Origin: Chloroflexota bacterium
GTDB lineage: Bacteria > Chloroflexota > Dehalococcoidia > Lucifugimonadales > Lucifugimonadaceae
Length of the DNA: 41,656 nt
Direction of reading: 5' to 3'
NCBI GenBank assembly: GCA_002719295.1
Contig: PBHC01000018.1
Location: 1-41,656, forward strand
Below are positions 1 to 8,292 of the stretch, piece after piece. Within the stretch, counting starts at the first letter, position 1. Each line of letters begins with the position of its first letter. The notes beneath the pieces were generated by a model. The model was not told where the DNA came from and did not search any database. It was given only the letters and a program-made list of their open reading frames with translations. The position numbers were made by a program, and so were the translations under genes.

Positions 1-128
1 CCAGGCATTGCTCCACCCATTGGGTCGTTTGGTCCCATAGCTCCAGGCATTCCGCCAGCAGCAGGGTCACCCATTCCAGGCATTGCTCCACTCATTGGGT
101 CGTTTGGTCCCATAGCTCCAGGCATTCC
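1..128. repeat. Coding direct repeat, 53 bp at 75-bp period (GMPGAMGPNDPM[G/S]GAMPG)
   Basis: 1-53 and 76-128 are identical except for one base. Confidence 0.9.
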
Positions 129-3100
129 AGGTGCTCCCATTCCAGGTGCTCCCATTCCAGGTGCTCCCATTCCAGGTGTAGCTCCAGCAGCAGCTTCTCT
201 TGCAGCTATTGCTTCAGGGGTTTCACCAGGATATAAAGGTTCTCCAGGTACTGGAATATCACCACTTGGCATTCCAGTAGCAGGATCTATAGTTCCAGCA
301 GGTGCTCCCATTGAACCAGGTCCCATTGGCCCAGCAGCCGGGTCACCCATTCCAGGCATTCCAGCAGCAGGATTACCCATTCCAGGCATTCCAGCATTAG
401 GTCCAGTCATTCCAGGCATAGATCCAGCAGCCGGGTCACCCATTCCAGGCATTCCAGCATTGGGTCCAGTCATACCAGGCGCTCCCATTGGTCCAGGCAT
501 TGGTCCTGCAGCAGGGTCTGTTGGTGCAGGTGCACCTCCAGCTGCTCCAGGCATTGGTCCAGCCATTGGTCCAGGCATTGGAGCCATCTGCATTCCAGCA
601 GCGGCATTGTTTGGATCAAATTCAAAGTTTTGAGGGCCAAAATCTATCCCTCTGTCCATAATATCTGAAGATGCAGCATCAATTAGATTGTCAAACATAC
701 CTCCACCAACAGCAAAAGGACTTGGTCCCATATTAGGACCACTAAATGGATCCATAGTTGGTGCCATTGAGGCGAATGGATCGGCAAATCCAAATGTGTC
801 CATTGCAGGTCCGGGCATAGGAGCTGTCATAGGAGCTGTCATAGGAGCCATCATTCCAGGCGCTCCCATTGGTCCAGTTCCAGTAGGTCCAGTTCCAGCC
901 ATTGGTCCCATCATTCCAGGTCCAGCCATTGGAGGTGCTACAAAAATATCTCTTTCAATACCAAGAGCTTCATTATATGCTCCTTGTACTTCAAAAGACT
1001 TGTTAGCAAATGCTGTAGCTTCATTCATAGCTCTAGCATCTTCAAAAGCATTTAAATCTTCAAAGAAATCTCCGCCGATATCTTCAGCAGCTAGTTCTGT
1101 GGCATATACATCATTTGCACTTCCAAATGAATAGTCCATCATTGGACCAAAGAAGTTTCCTCCAGGTGCAGGAGGAGGAGGCATTGGGCCTAAACCACCA
1201 TTAGCTACAGTTGGAGCATATCCACCAAATTCAGGTCCTGCTATTGCAAATAAGTCGTCCATTCCAGCAAAGTCATTTTCTATAGCAAATCCAGTCATCC
1301 CAGCAGCTGGATCATAAAAATCTGCAGCTCCACCAGGTCCACCGGGTCCACCAGGTCCACCAGGTCCAGGCATTGGAGGCATGGCAGGCCCAAACATTGC
1401 GTTAAGGTCTAGTGAAAATTCCATTGAAGGTCCAACAGGTGCTCCCATTGGTCCAGATCCAGCAGGTCCAGTTCCAGCCATTGGTCCTGCAGACGGACCA
1501 AATGGATTAGCAAACGGATCAGCAAATGGATCAGCAAATGGATCAGCAAATGCATCACCCATCATAGGGTTATAAGCAGCTCCAAATTCTTCATTTTTAG
1601 CAGCTCTTGTCATAAAAGTCATTTCTCCAAGGTTTCCACCCGAGAAGTCAATTCCAAAACCACCAGGTGCAGCCATTCCAGGTGCTCCCATTGGTCCAGA
1701 TCCAGCAGGTCCAGTTCCAGCCATTGGTCCAGCATTAGGGCCAGGCATTGGAGGAGCCATATCCATTGCAGAGAAGAACATCATATCATTTTGAGCAAAG
1801 GAAACAGCATCACCAGGTCCACCCATTGGTCCCATTCCTGGTCCGCCCATCCCCATAGGTCCTCCCATTACAATCGGAGGAGGAATAAATCCTGCTAAAT
1901 GTCCGTCTTCTGTAAATAAAGTCTGACCTCCGATTTCAGCGATTACCGCTCTACCATCAGCATCAAAAGATAAGACTTCAACTTTTTCTTCTATTTTTGC
2001 AAGAACAGCATCACTTTGAGATGCGTCTCTGAAACAGTCTTGTGTAAGACACATAACCTCAGTTATTGGTTGGAATCCAGCAACTTCACCAGTTGCAGAA
2101 TCTCTATATATTTCTTGCATTCTAAATTCATCACCTGTTCTTTGAGTACCACCTGCATCAAAGAAAGATTCAGTTTGACCTGAAAGGTCATAGGCATCAA
2201 AATCATACATTGCAGTAGATGGTCCAGGTCCCCCCGGTCCACCAGGTCCACCAGGTCCTCCCGGTCCAACCATTCCCGGTCCAGCATATTGTGCAATTTT
2301 ATCCATAGCTCCAGATGGTATAAATCCTAGAGGCGCTCCAAACCCACCTACTCCCATTCCACCACCTGCTCCAGGTCCTTCCATTGGCATAGCAGCAAAA
2401 GAGTCTTGTATTAATGTAGCTTGTTCTGAGAAGAAGTTTTTTGACAAAACTCTTCCAGCTTCAAAACCAGAAACTCCAGCATCACCAACCATAAGTTTTG
2501 GAGGCTCACTCATTCCGAGAGGATCTCCATTTTCATCAAATACTATTGGAGGAGGAACATTGAATTCTCTAATTCCACCTGCAGCATCTTTAACAATCAT
2601 TGGCATTTCAACTTGAGTTGCAATTGAGCCATCCGGATTATAATCAAAAATTGGTAAATCAGGAGGTGTTAGTGCCGCTCCTGAAGGGTCTACAAAATCA
2701 TCAGAGAATGGTAATGTACCCACTGGGTTACCTAAAGGGTCATATTGGATTATTGTAGGAACAATATTTCCATCAGGGTCAAACGTAACCATATTTAATG
2801 CTTGTTCTCCAGCTCCACCAATTTCACTTCCTGTTGGAACTTTAGGTAAGAATGCATTAAAGAATGTAGTTGCGTGTAACTTATCATCTCCTCCCTTATC
2901 TTTTAGATAGAAAACATCTGGAACAGCGGCTTCTGCATCAATAGCTCCTGTTTCATCAACAGCAACCATGTCTCCAGGTTTTTTACCAATTGGATTTCCT
3001 GTAGCATCAAACACTACTTGGTCAGGCTGTTTTACACCAATTTGTTTTCCTTCTTCATCAAATAGAGGTTCTGACCTAGGTGGCTCGAACTCAGCTTTTC

Positions 3101-4820
3101 TTAGTTCTCTTAGTGCTTCTAGGTCAAGTCTTTCACCTGAAACTGCATCAATATCTGCAGCCATAATTAATGGCTCTACCTGAATATCAATTTCTCCATT
3201 AGCAATTAGTTCTTCAAGAATTGCAGGGTCTGCTTGTTCCTCAGTTAGTGTTTTTATTTCAGGTTCAAATTCATTGAAAATTTCAGCTGCGGCACCTTCT
3301 GATTCTGCTATTGTATCGTTTACAACAACCGCAACTTCGCTAAATAATTCTTCTGCTACTGCTACTGCAGATTCAATATCTCCACCATCTACTATAGCTT
3401 GAACTGCATCAGGCCCAGCAAGTGCAGCAAGTTCAACTGTATTATTCACATCAGCTATGCCTGCTTCTTCTGCAGCTCCTAGTAAAGCGTCTGGGTCAGG
3501 AACTACATCCCCTACATCAACTCCTAGATCAGCAACATAAGCTATGTCTTTCATCATTATTATATCGTTTGGTCCAAACTCACCATCACCATCTATATCA
3601 GGGATGGCTGCAGCCGCACCTTCTACTCCATCTGGTGGAGCTTGAGGAGGCATTACATCTTTTACTTCAGCTTTTTCATATGCAACACCAGGTTTTACTA
3701 CAGCAGCTTCTAATGAACTGTCACCTTTTTCACCTACTGGAATAAATGGGCCATCCGTTGGAACCCATCCTAATGGAGGACCACCAACATCACCAGGGAC
3801 TAATCCAGTACCACCAGTGATATCATCTGCGTCAGTAGGAGTTACTGGGTCTGGCTTCTCTTGACCCATTTTGACCATAGTTGCAGTACCTTCTAGTAGC
3901 TCAACTTTGAAATCAGTTTCAATTTCAAGTTTATTTTCTTCTTCTAAAATTTCTAAATCTTCTAGGTCTAGATCTATATCGGCATCATCTGCTTCATCTG
4001 AGGCATCAAATTCATCTTTAAAATCTAATTCTTCATCAGTTAAGTCATCACCTTCACTCTCCTTAACTTCAATAGTAAGGGCAGCTTCTTGGTCAACTGA
4101 AAGAGGCTCTTCTCCAGCTTCTTTTCTTTCAGCATTCTTTTTATTTATAACTAATTTTGCTTTATCCTCTGAGGATAATTCTTCTTGCTTAACATTTACT
4201 CGTCTACCAAGGCTTCCTTCTGTACCTTGAATAGTTATTGCTCCATCAACAGTTAGGAATACCCATGTGTTTGGAGGTGATTCAGCTTTAATTACGTTAA
4301 AATCTACATCTCCGTTATCTAATGCTATTCTTGCGTGCCTTTGTCCTCCTTGAGCAGGTCCTCCATTTACTATGTCGAATTTATCTATAGTAATTTGAGT
4401 ACTTGGCTTGATAGCTAGTTGACTTCCATCAACGAATTTAAGTACAGCTCTAGAAACAGCTAGTGTTCTTACTGACCAACCTGGTTCAATTGGTTGAGCA
4501 TCTATAACATCTACCCATTCTTCTGAACCTGGAGTCCTAAACTGAGCTTTCCCTTCTAGAACATCAATAGCGGTTGGAGGGCTAATGATTTCTAAAGTTT
4601 GTGTAAGTGTTCCAGTTTCAAAGCTTGGAGTTGCTGCATCTTTGCTAGCAGGTTTGCTATCTTTAGCAGTTGAAGCTGCATAAGCATCAGCATCAGCTTT
4701 CGCATCAGATGCTACCTCAGCAGGTTCTTCTGTTCCTCCTCCACAAGCAATTATAAATAATCCTGTAAGAATCATGAGGATTGAGATCATAAATTTTTTA
4801 GAGTAAATGTTAAAATTCAT
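1..4820 (-). CDS. Giant predicted lipoprotein (>1606 aa, runs off the window) with N-terminal FecR-like domain, acidic middle region and Met/Gly/Pro/Ala-rich low-complexity C-terminal part
   Basis: Manual translation from ATG at 4820: MNFNIYSKKFMISILMILTGLFIIA-C-GGGTEE (lipobox); no stop seen and the same frame still reads M-P-G at positions 8-1. FecR-like motifs DVLEGKAQ, SVRT..SRAVLKFVDGSQLAIKPSTQITI, IALDNGDV, AITIQGT, VELLEG. Absent from the ORF track, presumably because its stop is outside the window. Confidence 0.9.
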   Translation of the reverse strand, partial: MNFNIYSKKFMISILMILTGLFIIACGGGTEEPAEVASDAKADADAYAASTAKDSKPASKDAATPSFETGTLTQTLEIISPPTAIDVLEGKAQFRTPGSEEWVDVIDAQPIEPGWSVRTLAVSRAVLKFVDGSQLAIKPSTQITIDKFDIVNGGPAQGGQRHARIALDNGDVDFNVIKAESPPNTWVFLTVDGAITIQGTEGSLGRRVNVKQEELSSEDKAKLVINKKNAERKEAGEEPLSVDQEAALTIEVKESEGDDLTDEELDFKDEFDASDEADDADIDLDLEDLEILEEENKLEIETDFKVELLEGTATMVKMGQEKPDPVTPTDADDITGGTGLVPGDVGGPPLGWVPTDGPFIPVGEKGDSSLEAAVVKPGVAYEKAEVKDVMPPQAPPDGVEGAAAAIPDIDGDGEFGPNDIIMMKDIAYVADLGVDVGDVVPDPDALLGAAEEAGIADVNNTVELAALAGPDAVQAIVDGGDIESAVAVAEELFSEVAVVVNDTIAESEGAAAEIFNEFEPEIKTLTEEQADPAILEELIANGEIDIQVEPLIMAADIDAVSGERLDLEALRELRKAEFEPPRSEPLFDEEGKQIGVKQPDQVVFDATGNPIGKKPGDMVAVDETGAIDAEAAVPDVFYLKDKGGDDKLHATTFFNAFLPKVPTGSEIGGAGEQALNMVTFDPDGNIVPTIIQYDPLGNPVGTLPFSDDFVDPSGAALTPPDLPIFDYNPDGSIATQVEMPMIVKDAAGGIREFNVPPPIVFDENGDPLGMSEPPKLMVGDAGVSGFEAGRVLSKNFFSEQATLIQDSFAAMPMEGPGAGGGMGVGGFGAPLGFIPSGAMDKIAQYAGPGMVGPGGPGGPGGPGGPGPSTAMYDFDAYDLSGQTESFFDAGGTQRTGDEFRMQEIYRDSATGEVAGFQPITEVMCLTQDCFRDASQSDAVLAKIEEKVEVLSFDADGRAVIAEIGGQTLFTEDGHLAGFIPPPIVMGGPMGMGGPGMGPMGGPGDAVSFAQNDMMFFSAMDMAPPMPGPNAGPMAGTGPAGSGPMGAPGMAAPGGFGIDFSGGNLGEMTFMTRAAKNEEFGAAYNPMMGDAFADPFADPFADPFANPFGPSAGPMAGTGPAGSGPMGAPVGPSMEFSLDLNAMFGPAMPPMPGPGGPGGPGGPGGAADFYDPAAGMTGFAIENDFAGMDDLFAIAGPEFGGYAPTVANGGLGPMPPPPAPGGNFFGPMMDYSFGSANDVYATELAAEDIGGDFFEDLNAFEDARAMNEATAFANKSFEVQGAYNEALGIERDIFVAPPMAGPGMMGPMAGTGPTGTGPMGAPGMMAPMTAPMTAPMPGPAMDTFGFADPFASMAPTMDPFSGPNMGPSPFAVGGGMFDNLIDAASSDIMDRGIDFGPQNFEFDPNNAAAGMQMAPMPGPMAGPMPGAAGGAPAPTDPAAGPMPGPMGAPGMTGPNAGMPGMGDPAAGSMPGMTGPNAGMPGMGNPAAGMPGMGDPAAGPMGPGSMGAPAGTIDPATGMPSGDIPVPGEPLYPGETPEAIAAREAAAGATPGMGAPGMGAPGMGAPGMPGAMGPNDPMSGAMPGMGDPAAGGMPGAMGPNDPMGGAMP
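124..178. repeat. Coding tandem repeat, 15-bp unit attccaggtgctccc (GAPGM) x3+
   Basis: Directly visible tandem copies. Confidence 0.9.
1436..1730. repeat. Identical 52-bp direct repeats (1436-1487, 1679-1730; GPMAGTGPAGSGPMGAP) flanking a 12-bp (ADPF)n tandem; a third diverged copy at ~861-908
   Basis: Direct sequence comparison. Confidence 0.9.
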
Positions 4821-4979
4821 ATTAATTTCCTAATTATTTTTAATAACTGAAATCATTATACTTCAACCACCATATTTTTTGTTAGTTAAAATTTTAATCA
4901 TTTTTTACTATTTTTTATCTATTTAAAAAATATTCAAAATTTATATTTTTTTATTTGTTTTTTAAGTATAATTTTATAA

Positions 4980-5693
4980 ATGAATAAAGATGATAACAAA
5001 TCTAAAATAACACCTGAAACTGTTAGGTCTAAAACAATATCAGGGGACAGAAAAATAAAAGGTCAAAAAATAGGAATATTTGATTATTTTAGAGTTCAAT
5101 TTCAGAATCCAGGCATTGGATTTTTAGCTACAGTTTTTTTGGGAGTTCTTGTGCTACTTGCAATTCCAATTTATCCAAAAGTAGCGTCAGCTGTAGAATT
5201 AAATGAACAAAAAAAAGTTAAATTTGAAGAAAAATTAATGCCTAGATCCTTAGCTATTCCAGTAAATATGTTGCCTTATCTTAGATTTCAGCATTTAGCT
5301 TTGAAAAACGGAAAATATGCTTCATGGCATGAACCTGTTTTTAAATCAGGTTCATGTGATCAGAAAAATTTAGCTACAATGCCTGAAGGAATCTATAAAA
5401 GAGCTATTATTACAGGTTGTTTTCAATTTCATGAGATACAAGGCCAACATTCTGATTTATGCAAGATAGACAATTGCGAATTAGATCCTATTTTAATTAC
5501 AAGAATAGACTACATTATGAGTCAAATTGAAGAACCGTATTGGGGGAAAGGCTTTGTTGATGAAGTGAACCCTTGTTCAGGGTCTCTTCAAAGACAATCT
5601 GATGAACCATGTGGTTATAATTATGATACAGCTAAAAAAGAACCTAAATTTGTTATTTCATTAGATGAAAATTACAGATCTGCTTCTTTATAG
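4980..5693 (+). CDS. Hypothetical membrane-anchored or secreted protein with six Cys
   Basis: 237-aa ORF in AT-rich DNA; one hydrophobic segment GIGFLATVFLGVLVLLAIPIY followed by VASA; no family recognised. Confidence 0.7.
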   Translation: MNKDDNKSKITPETVRSKTISGDRKIKGQKIGIFDYFRVQFQNPGIGFLATVFLGVLVLLAIPIYPKVASAVELNEQKKVKFEEKLMPRSLAIPVNMLPYLRFQHLALKNGKYASWHEPVFKSGSCDQKNLATMPEGIYKRAIITGCFQFHEIQGQHSDLCKIDNCELDPILITRIDYIMSQIEEPYWGKGFVDEVNPCSGSLQRQSDEPCGYNYDTAKKEPKFVISLDENYRSASL

Positions 5694-6178
5694 ATCTTTA
5701 TTCTTTCAACATAAAATTTTCCAGCACCTTTGATTAATTCTAGGTGCCTATCAAGTATCCTGCCTATATTTTTCCCTGGAATTCCCCTTACAATTGAATT
5801 GTCTGGGATATCTGTTCCTTCAATTACTACTGAACCAGCTGCAACTAGGCAATTATTTCCAATAGTAACATTATCGTTTAATACAGCACCATTTCCTATA
5901 AGTGTATTGTTACCTATTTTTTTTGAGTGAATAACAACTCCATGGCCTATCGTGACATCGTCACCAATAGATGACCCATAATCAGAATGTACAACTGAGT
6001 TATCTTGAATATTTGTTCTTTTCCCAATTGATATTTTTCCATTGTCAGCTCTCACAACGGCTCCAGGCCAAATTGAAGAATCTTCGTCTATTTCTACTTC
6101 TCCTACAACGTAAGCAACTTCATTTACATATGCTTTTTTATTTATCTTTGGGATTAATTCACCTAAGCTTTTTATCAT
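5672..6178 (-). CDS. Gamma carbonic anhydrase family protein (YrdA/CaiE/PaaY-like)
   Basis: Hexapeptide repeats, SIWPGAVVRAD, TNIQDNSVVH, TIGHGVVIH (three His ligands). Confidence 0.93.
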   Translation of the reverse strand: MIKSLGELIPKINKKAYVNEVAYVVGEVEIDEDSSIWPGAVVRADNGKISIGKRTNIQDNSVVHSDYGSSIGDDVTIGHGVVIHSKKIGNNTLIGNGAVLNDNVTIGNNCLVAAGSVVIEGTDIPDNSIVRGIPGKNIGRILDRHLELIKGAGKFYVERIKIYKEADL

Positions 6179-6180
6179 TA

Positions 6181-7839
6181 TTACATTCTTTCTGGTGTAC
6201 TTATTCCCATGATATCAAGTGTATTTTTCATTACAACTTTACATGCAGAGATTAAAGTTATTCTTGCCTTTGTTAGTTCTTCGTCATTTGAAATTACTCT
6301 ACAATTTTCATAAAATTTTTGAAGGGATCTTGCTAAGTCTACAGAATATTGAGTAAGATTTTGAGTCTGTAATTTATAAACACAATCTAATACTACTTCA
6401 GGAAAATAATCTAAATTATCTATAAGCTCTTTTTCATATTCAGATTCAAGTAATTTTAAATTTACTTTTTTTAGTTCAACTTCTGTTGAAAATGAATTAA
6501 TGATTGAGCATAATCTAGCATAAGCATATTGTATATAATAAACAGGGTTTTCTGATGACTCTTGAGTAGCTAATTCTAAATCAAATTCTTGTTGGCTATC
6601 CAAACTTCTATTAAGAAAATTAAACCTACAAACATCTTTCCCTACAATTTCAATCAAATCTTTTACTGTATAAATATTTCCAGATCTTTTTGAAAATTTT
6701 TGAACTTTATTTTGATTTTTAAAATGAACTATTTGAGTTAATAATATTTTTAATTTTTCAGGATCAACATCTAGTGCTTTTACTGCAGATTTTAATCTGT
6801 CTACATGAGAATGATGGTCAGCTCCAAAAATATTAATTACATTTTCATAATTTCTAATATGAAATTTATCATAATGATATGCCATGTCAGAGAAAAAATA
6901 AGTATGCCCTTCATTTTTTGAACGCTGGATTACAACATCATTTTCAGTAAAAAAATCTGAGGATTTAAACCATTTTGCACCGTCTTTTTCAAAAATTAAT
7001 TTTTTATCATTTAATATTTTTTCAACAGTTTGAATTACATCATTTTCAAATAAACTTGATTCAAAAAACCAATTGTCATATTCTATTCCTAATTCAAGTA
7101 AGTCATTCTTTATTTTATCTAAGGTGAATAATATTGATTTATCTTTAATTTTCTCATCTTTAATTTTTTCTAAATTATCTTTTGTTATATCTAATTTTGA
7201 AATTATTTTTTTTGAAATCTCTTCAATTTGCTCCCCCTTGTATCCATCTATTGGAAAAGGGTATGAATTTCCAAAGTATTCAAATATTTTAGACTTAATA
7301 CTTTCAACGTACAAATGGATTTGATTGCCAGCATCATTTACATAATATTCTTTGGTAACATCGTATCCTGAAAAGCTTAAAATATTTGCAATACAGCTGC
7401 CTACTATGGCTCCTCTTGCATGCCCTACATGGACAGGGCCTGTAGGATTAACTGAAACGAACTCGAGTTGTATTTTTTCGCCTTTTCCATGAGAGTTTGA
7501 ACCATAAGATTTTTTTTCGTCTAAAATTTGATTTAATAAATTTGATCTGAATTTTTCTGACAAATCGAAATTTATAAATCCAGGTTTTGCTATATTAATG
7601 CTATTTATATCATCGTTTTCTTCAATATTTTCAGATATTATTTTTGCAATATCCATAGGATTTTTCTTAAGTTGTTTTGCTAAAACCATTGCTATATTTG
7701 AAGACCAATTCCCAAAATTTTTATTGCGAGGTTTTTCTACAATGATTTTTTGTATTTTAATTTTTGGTAATGATTTTGATTTTTGTGCTTGAATTAATGC
7801 AGTATCTATTAATTTTGAAATCTTTTTAGTAGTATTCAT
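6181..7839 (-). CDS. argS: Arginine--tRNA ligase
   Basis: EFVSVNPTGPVHVGHARG (HIGH), EYYVNDAGNQ, GADH, KFSKRSG, NPVYYIQYAYAR, C-terminal PERM. Confidence 0.98.
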   Translation of the reverse strand: MNTTKKISKLIDTALIQAQKSKSLPKIKIQKIIVEKPRNKNFGNWSSNIAMVLAKQLKKNPMDIAKIISENIEENDDINSINIAKPGFINFDLSEKFRSNLLNQILDEKKSYGSNSHGKGEKIQLEFVSVNPTGPVHVGHARGAIVGSCIANILSFSGYDVTKEYYVNDAGNQIHLYVESIKSKIFEYFGNSYPFPIDGYKGEQIEEISKKIISKLDITKDNLEKIKDEKIKDKSILFTLDKIKNDLLELGIEYDNWFFESSLFENDVIQTVEKILNDKKLIFEKDGAKWFKSSDFFTENDVVIQRSKNEGHTYFFSDMAYHYDKFHIRNYENVINIFGADHHSHVDRLKSAVKALDVDPEKLKILLTQIVHFKNQNKVQKFSKRSGNIYTVKDLIEIVGKDVCRFNFLNRSLDSQQEFDLELATQESSENPVYYIQYAYARLCSIINSFSTEVELKKVNLKLLESEYEKELIDNLDYFPEVVLDCVYKLQTQNLTQYSVDLARSLQKFYENCRVISNDEELTKARITLISACKVVMKNTLDIMGISTPERM

Positions 7840-7842
7840 CGG

Positions 7843-8292
7843 TTAATTTTCAAAGTTAAGTTCGATCTTTTTATTGGTTATTTTGTTTAAAACTTCAAAA
7901 GGGAACTCTTCTTTTGCTTTTATAGTTTCACCATTATCAAGAATTAAATAAAATTCTACATTATTTTTTATATCTTCTTTATTTCTTGGACCAATAATCA
8001 AATTTTCAAACGTAGAATTTTTACTTAATATTATCGGAGAATCTAATTCCCCTAGCATTGATTTAATCTTAGAATTATTTCCCCCTTTTTCTCCATTCAG
8101 GTAAAATGTTCCATTAAAAATATATGGATAACTTGGAAGCCCTGGAGGTAATCCAACAGGAGCATTTTGAGTAACATTTTGGTCATCATCTTTCGGTAAC
8201 TCTGAATCAGGTACGTTAGCGCAAGAATAGAATAAACATATAAAAAATAAGCCTAAATAAAATATTAAATTTTTGGATGCTTTAAGTGCCAT
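7843..8292 (-). CDS. Hypothetical lipoprotein with a probable beta-sandwich domain
   Basis: Hydrophobic leader ending FYS-C; PPGLP linker; domain resembles those of 18233-19264; fills the gap between gatA and argS. Confidence 0.75.
   Translation of the reverse strand: MALKASKNLIFYLGLFFICLFYSCANVPDSELPKDDDQNVTQNAPVGLPPGLPSYPYIFNGTFYLNGEKGGNNSKIKSMLGELDSPIILSKNSTFENLIIGPRNKEDIKNNVEFYLILDNGETIKAKEEFPFEVLNKITNKKIELNFEN

Noticed and set aside
1330..2290. (GGP)n runs as a collagen-like domain
   Set aside because: Only 4-5 triplets per run; too short for a triple helix.
688..4230. ORF-track entries 688-1134, 1381-1575, 2063-2296, 2968-3183, 3422-3745, 3871-4230
   Set aside because: Antisense or off-frame shadows of the giant minus-strand gene.
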